Below are positions 39,780-47,619 of a DNA stretch of 57,777 nt, piece by piece. The notes beneath the pieces are model-generated. The model was not told where the DNA came from and searched no databases. It saw only the letters and a list, made by a program, of their open reading frames with translations. The stretch is from Candidatus Microgenomatus auricola (lineage in GTDB: Bacteria > Patescibacteriota > Patescibacteriia > SBBC01): positions 1 to 57,777 of the forward strand of contig SBBC01000033.1 of NCBI GenBank assembly GCA_005239865.1. Direction: 5' to 3'. Every line of letters begins with the position of its first letter. Within the stretch, counting starts at the first letter, position 1. The position numbers and the translations under genes were made by a program.

Positions 39780-41396
39780 ATGAACCAACGCTGGCAGCTC
39801 GTTGGTGTGTTTGCGGTCGTGGTGTTGGTTGCGCTCACGGCGTATTTCTGGAATCTCGGAGTGTCATCGATTGCCAACGCCGACGAGGGCGTGCACGCAC
39901 TGGTCACGCGAGAGCTCCGCGAATCAGGCGACTGGCTGACCTTGCACATCCGCGGGGTCGAGTACTTTCGGAAACCGCCGCTGTCATTCTGGATTCGCGG
40001 CGTCACGCAGTTGGCGCTGGGTGAAAATGAGTTCGCCACCCGGCTGCCGTCGGCGCTGGCCGGCGCGGGGACGACGTTGCTGATCGCGTGGTGGGCCTGG
40101 CTCTGGACGCGGCGCTGGCCGGCGGCGCTCGTCGCTGGGGTCATGTTTCCGCTTTTACCAGTCACGTTCACCCACACCTTTCGCACCGGCGAAACGGACG
40201 GCCTCCTGATATTTTTCCTGACGCTGGCCGCGTGGCTGTTCTGGCGAAGCGTCAAAACACCGTGGCTCGTAGTGCCTGCGGCCGGCGTGATCGGCTTGGC
40301 CTTCATGACGAAATCAGTGGCCGCGGGCGTCGTGCCGATTGGGTTTATGCTGACGTTGTGGCTGCAACGAAAATGGCCATACACTTGGAAGCACGTGGTG
40401 CTGACAGTTGTCCTGTTCCTGGCGGTGATTTTGCCGTGGCACGTTTACGAATATGCGAAGCACGGACAGAAGTTTTGGAACGAGTACGTCGGCTATCATA
40501 TTCTCCAGCGCGTCGAGGAACGGTTGCACGTCACGCCGAAAACCCACGGACCGTTCTGGTACCCGAGCGCGCTCGAACGCGGCATGTTCCCGTGGTCGTG
40601 GTTGGTCGTGCCGGCCTTGGCGCTGGCAATCGTCAGGGTGAGAAAACGCGAGGATGATGCATTCGTCCAGACTTTTCTCTTGGCTTGGGGCGTCGGCACG
40701 GTCGTCCTGTTCTCGCTGGCGGCCACGAAGCTGGCTTGGTACATCGCCCCGGCCTATCCGGCCCTGACCTTGCTCTTGGCGCGATTCCTGACACAACCGT
40801 TCTGGTCGCTGCCGCGCTGGCTGCTTGTGTTGAGCGTCGCGGCGGCAGTCGGTTACCTCATGCGGGTCACTCAACAATTCCAGACCGGTGCCAGCAAGTA
40901 CCTGTCGTTCGACTTCCTGCCCGCCTGGGTGAGCGTCAGCGCGATGGTGGTTGTGGCGGCGGGGGTCCTGACGATGGCCTATCGGAAATCAACGGCCGCG
41001 GGTCAACGGACGCTCAAAGTCATGGCCTTGCTCCTCGTGCTGCACATGGCGCTGGTCAGCGCCGCGCTGTTCTCGCGGAACGTCCGGAGAATCTACGACA
41101 GCCCGTTCCGCGTATTTCGCAACGAGGCCGTGGCGCGCGATCCGAAGGCGAACGTCTACATCTACGACATCGGTTATTATACCAGTCCGCTGGCCCACCT
41201 CTACCTGGTCGGTCCGCGGCAACAGCGGATACTCACGCCGCTGCGGGAACAGCCCGACAAACTGCAAGAAATCTTGGCCAGCCGAGCCGGCGCTTTCGTC
41301 ATTTTTGAGAAGACCAGGGAACATGAGCTAGAGGGACTGGCCGATTTGGAAAAAATCAGTGAATTTGGATCGCTCGCGCTGTACCGAGTTCGATAA
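39780..41396 (+). CDS. ArnT-family (GT83) glycosyltransferase
   Basis: ADEGVHA, KPPL.FW, RLPSA, GLAFMTK, HGPFWY, KLAWYIAPAYPA. Confidence 0.88.
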   Translation: MNQRWQLVGVFAVVVLVALTAYFWNLGVSSIANADEGVHALVTRELRESGDWLTLHIRGVEYFRKPPLSFWIRGVTQLALGENEFATRLPSALAGAGTTLLIAWWAWLWTRRWPAALVAGVMFPLLPVTFTHTFRTGETDGLLIFFLTLAAWLFWRSVKTPWLVVPAAGVIGLAFMTKSVAAGVVPIGFMLTLWLQRKWPYTWKHVVLTVVLFLAVILPWHVYEYAKHGQKFWNEYVGYHILQRVEERLHVTPKTHGPFWYPSALERGMFPWSWLVVPALALAIVRVRKREDDAFVQTFLLAWGVGTVVLFSLAATKLAWYIAPAYPALTLLLARFLTQPFWSLPRWLLVLSVAAAVGYLMRVTQQFQTGASKYLSFDFLPAWVSVSAMVVVAAGVLTMAYRKSTAAGQRTLKVMALLLVLHMALVSAALFSRNVRRIYDSPFRVFRNEAVARDPKANVYIYDIGYYTSPLAHLYLVGPRQQRILTPLREQPDKLQEILASRAGAFVIFEKTREHELEGLADLEKISEFGSLALYRVR

Positions 41397-41444
41397 TTTC
41401 GCCAACTGTATCCAGAATTACATTAACTGCAGAGGCCAAAGGGG

Positions 41445-41473
41445 TTGACAAAACTATCACACCGACGTACCAT
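41445..41473 (+). promoter_or_regulatory. Sigma70 promoter for the 3D-domain gene
   Basis: TTGACA-N17-TACCAT. Confidence 0.7.
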
Positions 41474-41566
41474 ACGTAAAGTTTTCTAAAACCTGCGGGT
41501 CATCCCGCGAGTTTTTGAACCCGGATTTTTCATGCCCAATCCGGCACTTACCAGTAGCGCAACTCC

Positions 41567-42082
41567 ATGATTCGACTACGACGATTTGTCCGACGAAACA
41601 GAAGGAAGTTGTACATTTACATAGCGCTTCTGTCCCTAGCTAATTTTTTAGTCCCGCACCCAGCTTCGGCCAAATCATTGCTGTCAGATGCGGAGACGCC
41701 AGTCGCGGAGGTAGTACCGGAACAGTCAGTGCCGACCATGAGCTGGCGTGAGGATCGACCGCTGTTCCCGGTGCCAGCCAACCTACCGGTGCAACGTACG
41801 GTTTGGGTTACGGCCACCGCCTACACCCCATCAGTTGATGAAACTGACAGCGATCCGCGGACCACGGCTTCCGGTGCAAAAGTAGATGATGGCGTGATCG
41901 CCTTTAACGGCCTATCGTTCGGCACGAAAGTGCGCTTACCCGATCAGTACGGCGATAAAATATTTATCGTCCTCGATCGAATGAGCCCGCGTTACGGTAA
42001 TCGGTACATCGATATCTGGATGCCGACCAAGCAAGAAGCGAAGCAATGGGGCGTGAAGTCGGTCCGGATGGAAATACTTTAA
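41567..42082 (+). CDS. Secreted 3D-domain (MltA-like) protein
   Basis: Signal peptide, VTATAYT...TDSDP..TASG, FGTKV, DRM, IDIWM, AKQWG. Confidence 0.9.
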   Translation: MIRLRRFVRRNRRKLYIYIALLSLANFLVPHPASAKSLLSDAETPVAEVVPEQSVPTMSWREDRPLFPVPANLPVQRTVWVTATAYTPSVDETDSDPRTTASGAKVDDGVIAFNGLSFGTKVRLPDQYGDKIFIVLDRMSPRYGNRYIDIWMPTKQEAKQWGVKSVRMEIL

Positions 42083-42106
42083 CATCCTTACCAAGGATTA
42101 CCGACC

Positions 42107-42135
42107 TTGATCGTGTCGGAGATTTTTGGTATGAT
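42107..42135 (+). promoter_or_regulatory. Sigma70 promoter upstream of tRNA-Cys
   Basis: TTGATC-N17-TATGAT with TG extension. Confidence 0.6.
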
Positions 42136-42161
42136 GGCGGGGCTTCATCACCGAGTCAATC

Positions 42162-42236
42162 GGCCTGGTAGCCAAGTGGTAAGGCAAGGGTCTGCAAAAC
42201 CCTTATTCAGGGGTTCGAATCCCCTCCAGGCCTCCA
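42162..42236 (+). tRNA. tRNA-Cys(GCA), CCA encoded
   Basis: Acceptor GGCCTGG/CCAGGCC, anticodon arm AGGGT-CTGCAAA-ACCCT, T-arm AGGGG-TTCGAAT-CCCCT. Confidence 0.97.
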
Positions 42237-42251
42237 ACAGAAATGAGCGGC

Positions 42252-42284
42252 CTGGTGCGGGGCGAATTCCCCTCGTGGCCTCCA
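42252..42284 (+). pseudogene. Relic: element right arm plus the 3' end of a second tRNA-Cys
   Basis: CTGGTGCGGGG followed by CGAATTCCCCTCGTGGCCTCCA (half T-loop, T-stem, a different acceptor 3' strand, U discriminator, CCA). Confidence 0.55.
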
Positions 42285-42288
42285 TCGC

Positions 42289-42647
<359 letters not shown>

Positions 42648-42650
42648 CCG

Positions 42651-42792
42651 TCCCGCACCACTTGCCAAATAATTGTGATTTCTGCGCGAGAGTAGTTCAG
42701 TGGTAGAACGCTTCCTTGCCAAGGAAGAGGTCGGGGGTTCGAGTCCCCTCTCTCGCTCCAAGTAAAGTAATTTCTACTCAAGTGGTGCGGGA
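42651..42792. mobile_element. Inverted-repeat element carrying tRNA-Gly(GCC), in place of the T-arm of the outer tRNA
   Basis: Perfect 14-bp IR TCCCGCACCACTTG (42651-64) / CAAGTGGTGCGGGA (42779-92). Confidence 0.75.
42686..42760 (+). tRNA. tRNA-Gly(GCC), intact, CCA encoded
   Basis: Acceptor GCGAGAG/CTCTCGC, anticodon arm CTTCC-TTGCCAA-GGAAG, T-loop TTCGAGT. Confidence 0.97.
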
Positions 42793-42810
42793 TCACCCGC
42801 TCCAGGACTT

Positions 42811-42843
42811 TTCCGTAACATATTGAATGGTACGGGATCACCC
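42811..42843. repeat. Degenerate empty copy of the TCCCG...CGGGA palindrome
   Basis: TTCCGTAACAT-attga-ATGGTACGGGA followed by TCACCC, repeating the CGGGATCACCC junction at 42788-98. Confidence 0.55.
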
Positions 42844-42920
42844 ACTTTTGGGATATGGAAACCCCGATGAACATCCTGTCCATCTGGGCACTACATGGGC
42901 TGGTGAAGATGGCGGTGCTC

Positions 42921-43835
42921 CTACATCCAGTCGGGCACCGGTTCCCCGCACTTCGCACAGCATCGTGAGCGAAGCACGGGAACGTTGCCGTCTGGGGGTA
43001 GGTATCTAGAGGGAATGAACTCTGTGCTCCCGCATCGAGGACAAGCATGCATTCCGGAGTCGCTGGGAGGAGTATGTTCTTCCGCACGAGTGCGGCCGCT
43101 GCTTTCAACGTCGGGATCGGTTTTCGTTGCTTGCTCCGTTCCACTGGAACCACTTAACTCCACGATGATGAAGACAGTATCGAAACCGAGAACGAGCTTG
43201 TTATTCGGGTTGAAGTGGATGTCGAATTCCCACGTGGAGAGCGAGAGCATTCGGCGCCCATCCAAGATTACCGAATGCCAACAGGTCGGATCGTCGTACT
43301 CCTGCTTCATCACTCCAGTTACCGGATGTTCGTTCGACCGTCCGGTGCCAATGACGAACGCAACGTGAGCACAATCCGGAGAGAAGATTGGACCATCGCC
43401 AACGTCACTGAACGGTCCCAAGGGTTGTTGATCAACGTAGACAAACCATGGACCCGGCGATTCCCGCACAGTGATCGTGTCGTACTCGTCGTCCCCCTCG
43501 ATGGTCCTAAGCGGTGGCGCAGCCTTCGGGCTCCACGCCGCGTAGGCGATGTGACGTGAATCAGGTGAGAATGTTGCGCGCTCGATGTGGCAAGCCCAGT
43601 TTTCCAACACCTTGTCAACGAACATTGCCTCCATGTAATACACTTGCCCACCAGAGATTTCCAAGTTGACATCGAACCGTGCGATATCGATGGTCCGCAT
43701 TCCGTCCGGGGACTTGATTGTTTCGAGCAGAGACACTACCGTGCCCGGAAGGTTTCCTGAATGATCTTTGAAATAATCCCTCGCTTGAGGTCCGAATAAC
43801 ACCTCTTTTCGTATCGGTCGGTTACCACGCATCAC
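42921..43835 (-). CDS. Hypothetical protein with TolB/WD40-like repeats and a C-terminal Zn ribbon
   Basis: FSPDSRHIAY and FSPDCAHVAF repeats; CPRC...CAKC; AAGGAG RBS upstream. Confidence 0.65.
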   Translation of the reverse strand: MMRGNRPIRKEVLFGPQARDYFKDHSGNLPGTVVSLLETIKSPDGMRTIDIARFDVNLEISGGQVYYMEAMFVDKVLENWACHIERATFSPDSRHIAYAAWSPKAAPPLRTIEGDDEYDTITVRESPGPWFVYVDQQPLGPFSDVGDGPIFSPDCAHVAFVIGTGRSNEHPVTGVMKQEYDDPTCWHSVILDGRRMLSLSTWEFDIHFNPNNKLVLGFDTVFIIVELSGSSGTEQATKTDPDVESSGRTRAEEHTPPSDSGMHACPRCGSTEFIPSRYLPPDGNVPVLRSRCCAKCGEPVPDWM

Positions 43836-43973
43836 GCATCTCCTTGTTGTTCGAGTCCGCGTTGTATAAGGAACACCCCACTGCTTGCGAGCCTACTTGC
43901 GCTCCTGGTAGTTGCCAATCAGGCCTTGATCCGGCCCCCCGCTCCAGTCATCAACTCGATGTACTGGCTGTAC

Positions 43974-44017
43974 TTGACAGCCGTGTTTTGGGCTGTTAAC
44001 ATACCCCCCAGGGGTAT
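43974..44017 (+). promoter_or_regulatory. Sigma70 promoter with overlapping CsoR/RcnR-type operator
   Basis: TTGACA-N17-(TG.)TAACAT; palindrome ATACCCC-CCA-GGGGTAT at 44001-44017. Confidence 0.85.
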
Positions 44018-44020
44018 ATA

Positions 44021-44290
44021 ATGCCAATTTCCCAATTGAAGAAAAGGTCATCCCGCACGGTCGCGGCGCGAATCCACAAGCTGTCCGGACAACTGGAGGC
44101 GATTGAGCGGATGGTCAATGAGAAACGGTCATGCCACGAGCTGCTAGCACAGATCGAAGCGGTCCGGGCCGGCTTGGCCAGCGTGGCCGCGATTTTGGTG
44201 AATGAGGAGATTTGCCGGATGGCAAAAAACAAGCGGCTGGAGCCGCATGACGTGGTCCAACTTACCAGGACGTTTATTGAGCAAACGTGA
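44021..44290 (+). CDS. CsoR/RcnR-family transcriptional repressor
   Basis: RI..L.GQL.AI.RMV...RSC..LL.QI.AV..GL; family-type operator immediately upstream. Confidence 0.88.
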   Translation: MPISQLKKRSSRTVAARIHKLSGQLEAIERMVNEKRSCHELLAQIEAVRAGLASVAAILVNEEICRMAKNKRLEPHDVVQLTRTFIEQT

Positions 44291-44378
44291 GGACGGAGCT
44301 GGGGATGGCGTTTTGGAATTTTGGGCTCAAGAGTAAGGAATTAAGAATTACGAATTAAGGCAGGCGAGGGAGAAAACA

Positions 44379-44702
44379 ATGGCGGAAATTACGTTGACCG
44401 ATCAAAGCTTTGAGCAGGAAGTACTGAAAGAGAGGTCAAAACCAGTGCTGGTGGATTTTTGGGCGAAGTGGTGTGCGCCGTGTAAAATGCAGAGCCCGAT
44501 CGTCGAGGAAATCGCCAAGGAATATGAAGGTAAAGCAAAGGTCGGCGGTTTGGAGGTCGACGAAAATCCGGAATTCGCACAGAAGTTCGGGATTTTGTCC
44601 ATTCCGACGCTCGTGATATTCAAGCACGGGAAGGTCGTCTGGCAGGGCGTCGGCTTGCACCGAAAGGAGCAGATCAAGCAGGCGCTGAATTCACAGCTCT
44701 AA
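44379..44702 (+). CDS. trxA: Thioredoxin
   Basis: VDFWAKWCAPCK, SIPT. Confidence 0.95.
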   Translation: MAEITLTDQSFEQEVLKERSKPVLVDFWAKWCAPCKMQSPIVEEIAKEYEGKAKVGGLEVDENPEFAQKFGILSIPTLVIFKHGKVVWQGVGLHRKEQIKQALNSQL

Positions 44703-45677
44703 ATGTACGATGTGATCATCATCGGCGGTGGCGCCGCTGGATTAACCGCCGCCCTCTATGCCGGCCGGCGGGCGCTAAAAACGCTGGTCTTGTCGCAGGA
44801 TATCGGGGGGCAGGCGTCTCTGACGTCGGAGATCGGGAATTACCCGGGCTTCGAGAGCGTTGATGGACTCGAGCTCATGGACAAATTCCGCAAACAGGCG
44901 GAGAAGTTCGGAGCCGAGGTCCGGCTCGAAGAGGCCCAAAGCGTGGAGCGAAACAGCGATGATTTTACAGTCACGACGTCGACCGGTAAATACGAGGCGC
45001 ACGCCGTGATTCTAGCGTTCGGTTTGACGCACAAGCATCTTGATGTCCCAGGCGAAAAACCGTTGATTGGCAAGGGCGTAGTGTTCTGCGCAACCTGCGA
45101 CGCGCCACTTTACAAAGGGAAAAGAGTAGCGGTGGTCGGCGGCGGGAACTCGGCCATGGACGCGGCTTTGCTATTAAGCAAGCTGTGTCCAGAGGTTCAC
45201 CTGTTGAACAAAAATCCGGAACTTCGCGGTGAACACGTTCTCATGGAACGCCTAAAGAAAACCAAGAACGTCACGGTCCACTACAGTGTGACGGTGGAGG
45301 AAGTACTGGGACCAGAGCGCGTTCAGGGGATCAGATTCACCCAAGACGGCCACGCGCAGACGCTCGACGTGGACGGCGTGTTCGTGGAAATCGGATTCAC
45401 CGTGAATTCTAAACTGGTTGACAATCTGGTCGAGCTTGACGACCGCAAACAAGTCATCATCACGAACGACAACGGGACAAGCATCCCGGGCGTGTTCGCC
45501 GCTGGCGACGTGACCACGATCGAACAAAAGCAGATCGTCATCTCCGCCGGCGAAGGCGCGAAAGCGGCGCTAGCTGCTTATCAGTACTTGCAGGCGCGGG
45601 GACTTAAGAAGAAAGCGGCTAAGATCGACTGGGGCGTGAAGACGCCGAAGCATCATGAGTCCGTTACCGTAGAGTAA
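44703..45677 (+). CDS. trxB: Thioredoxin reductase
   Basis: GGGAAG, CATCD, GGGNSA, GVFAAGD. Confidence 0.92.
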   Translation: MYDVIIIGGGAAGLTAALYAGRRALKTLVLSQDIGGQASLTSEIGNYPGFESVDGLELMDKFRKQAEKFGAEVRLEEAQSVERNSDDFTVTTSTGKYEAHAVILAFGLTHKHLDVPGEKPLIGKGVVFCATCDAPLYKGKRVAVVGGGNSAMDAALLLSKLCPEVHLLNKNPELRGEHVLMERLKKTKNVTVHYSVTVEEVLGPERVQGIRFTQDGHAQTLDVDGVFVEIGFTVNSKLVDNLVELDDRKQVIITNDNGTSIPGVFAAGDVTTIEQKQIVISAGEGAKAALAAYQYLQARGLKKKAAKIDWGVKTPKHHESVTVE

Positions 45678-45688
45678 CAGACAGTGCG

Positions 45689-46963
45689 GTGTCACCCACA
45701 AATTTTTTCCAGAACGTTATGCATGAGCTTCGTCAGGCCGCCGAGATCGGTCATCTGCCGCAGCACGCACTCGAGATCCTGAAACAGCCGCAACGGATTT
45801 TCCAGGTGGCCATTCCGGTTCGGATGGATAAAGGGACGACAAAAATCTTCACCGGTTTTCGCGTCCAGCACAACGACGCTCGCGGTCCCTTCAAGGGCGG
45901 GATTCGTTTTCATCCGCGGACTGATTTGAGCGAAGTCAAAGCGTTAGCCCTCCTGATGTCAATGAAGTGCGCGGCCGTCAATATCCCTTTTGGCGGGGCC
46001 AAGGGCGGGGTGGCGGTTGATCCGAAATCCCTTTCAGCGCGCGAACTCGAGGACTTGTCTCGGGGCTGGGTGCGGGCGATGTACAAGTACTTGGGTCCGG
46101 AAGTGGATATCCCGGCGCCGGATGTCTATACGACGCCGAAGATCATGGCTTGGATGGTTGACGAGTACAGCCGGTTGACCGGCAAGTGGCAGCCCGGCGC
46201 GTTCACTGGCAAACCTCGGGAAATTGGGGGATCAGTCGGACGCGAATCCGCCACTGGCCTCGGAGGAGCAATCATGTTGAAGGCGCTCTTGCAGAAACTT
46301 CGGCGGTCGCCGAGACAGACGACGGTCGCGGTTCAGGGGTTCGGAAACGTCGGCTACCACCTGGCCGAAGAACTCCATCGGACCGGCTACAAAGTCATTG
46401 CGATTTCCGATTCGCGAGGTGGGATCGCTGACCTCCGTCGCCAGGGGATGGATCCGGCGCACGTGCTGGCCACGAAACAGAAGCGGGGAATGATCGCTGG
46501 CGTGTACTGCGTCGGGACAGTTTGCGATTTCAAGAACTACAAAGCCATCTCAAACGAGGACGTGCTGACGATGAAGGTTGACGTGCTCGTTCCGGCGGCT
46601 CTCGAGAACGCGATCACGAAGGACAACGCCGGTCGCGTCCAAGCCAAGATTATCTTGGAGATGGCGAATGGCGCGATTACTTCGGAAGCCAACGCCAAGC
46701 TCCAGCGGAAGAATACGGTCATCGTGCCGGACATCATCGCCAACGCCGGCGGCGTTGTTGGCTCGTACTTCGAGTGGGTCCAGAACTTGACGAACAGCTA
46801 CTGGCCGGAGGAGAAATTCGAACAACGCTTGAGGTCGGTCATGGAAAAAGCCTTCACCAGCGTGTGGTCGATGGGGACGGAGCTAAAAACGAATCTTCGG
46901 GTGGCTGCCTGGATTATTGCGACGCGAAGAATTGCGCAAGCGATTGAGGCACGGGGATGGTGA
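45689..46963 (+). CDS. gdhA: Glu/Leu/Phe/Val dehydrogenase (glutamate dehydrogenase)
   Basis: GPFKGGIRFHP, GGAKGG, DIPAPD, QGFGNVG, NAGGV..SYFEWVQN. Confidence 0.92.
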   Translation: MSPTNFFQNVMHELRQAAEIGHLPQHALEILKQPQRIFQVAIPVRMDKGTTKIFTGFRVQHNDARGPFKGGIRFHPRTDLSEVKALALLMSMKCAAVNIPFGGAKGGVAVDPKSLSARELEDLSRGWVRAMYKYLGPEVDIPAPDVYTTPKIMAWMVDEYSRLTGKWQPGAFTGKPREIGGSVGRESATGLGGAIMLKALLQKLRRSPRQTTVAVQGFGNVGYHLAEELHRTGYKVIAISDSRGGIADLRRQGMDPAHVLATKQKRGMIAGVYCVGTVCDFKNYKAISNEDVLTMKVDVLVPAALENAITKDNAGRVQAKIILEMANGAITSEANAKLQRKNTVIVPDIIANAGGVVGSYFEWVQNLTNSYWPEEKFEQRLRSVMEKAFTSVWSMGTELKTNLRVAAWIIATRRIAQAIEARGW

Positions 46964-46966
46964 TGC

Positions 46967-47091
46967 TCGGGTGGGAAACCTACGGTTTCCCCCTCCGATG
47001 CTCCGCTTTTCCCTGTACGGTGTCGCGCTGCCTCGCTCGTCTAGGGTCCCGTCCTTCGGACACCCTGATCCTCGCTCCGGCGGACGCGACA
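46967..47091. repeat. REP-like compound hairpin element
   Basis: GGGAAACC-TAC-GGTTTCCC; long nested stem TGTCGCG/CGCGACA, CTGCC/GGCGG, TAGGGT/ACCCTG, GTCC-TTC-GGAC, with CTCGCTC on both strands of an internal loop. Confidence 0.6.
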
Positions 47092-47111
47092 ATTGTCTTT
47101 GAAGTAAATCC

Positions 47112-47537
47112 ATGATGCAGAAACTTCATCACTGGCCACTCAAAGCTGTCCACCCGTGGGTGTCGAAGCACTATCACTACGCCGTGGTTGGCGCTTCGGC
47201 CAATCCGGAAAAGTTCGGGAATATTATTTTTTTCGATCTCAAGAACGCCGGCTTTATGGTGACGCCGGTGAATCCCCGCCTACGCGAACTCGGTGGCGTC
47301 AAGGCCGTATCTCGTCTTCAAGATATGATGCCGAAACCAGAGGTGGCAATTGTCGTCGTTCCGCCTGACGTGGGCATGAAAGTGATTGATGATGCGGTTG
47401 AGGCGGGAGTCAAGAAACTGTGGTTCCAGCCGGGGGCCGAGTCGCCGGAACTCCAAAAGAAAACCGCTGACGCCGGCCTGGACGCGATCACCGACGGCTC
47501 GTGCATCATGGTTGTCCGTCGGCAAATCGAACGGTAG
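47112..47537 (+). CDS. CoA-binding protein (YccU family)
   Basis: AVVGAS.NP.KFG, PVNP, WFQPGAES, CIMV. Confidence 0.9.
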   Translation: MMQKLHHWPLKAVHPWVSKHYHYAVVGASANPEKFGNIIFFDLKNAGFMVTPVNPRLRELGGVKAVSRLQDMMPKPEVAIVVVPPDVGMKVIDDAVEAGVKKLWFQPGAESPELQKKTADAGLDAITDGSCIMVVRRQIER

Positions 47538-47584
47538 TCAATCGCGGATCAGTTCCTAACCTTAGCCAAAAAACAAACCCCGGA

Positions 47585-47613
47585 TTGACCAAATTAATAA
47601 AAAGGGATATAGT
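47585..47613 (+). promoter_or_regulatory. Sigma70 promoter pointing into the non-coding region
   Basis: TTGACC-N17 (A-rich)-TATAGT, with an A-rich UP-like sequence upstream. Confidence 0.75.
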
Positions 47614-47619
47614 CCTAGA

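Noticed and set aside
39501-39788. ORFs 39501-39788 and 39574-39780 (likewise 42495-42761 and 42614-43153)
   Set aside because: Shadow ORFs over tRNA genes.
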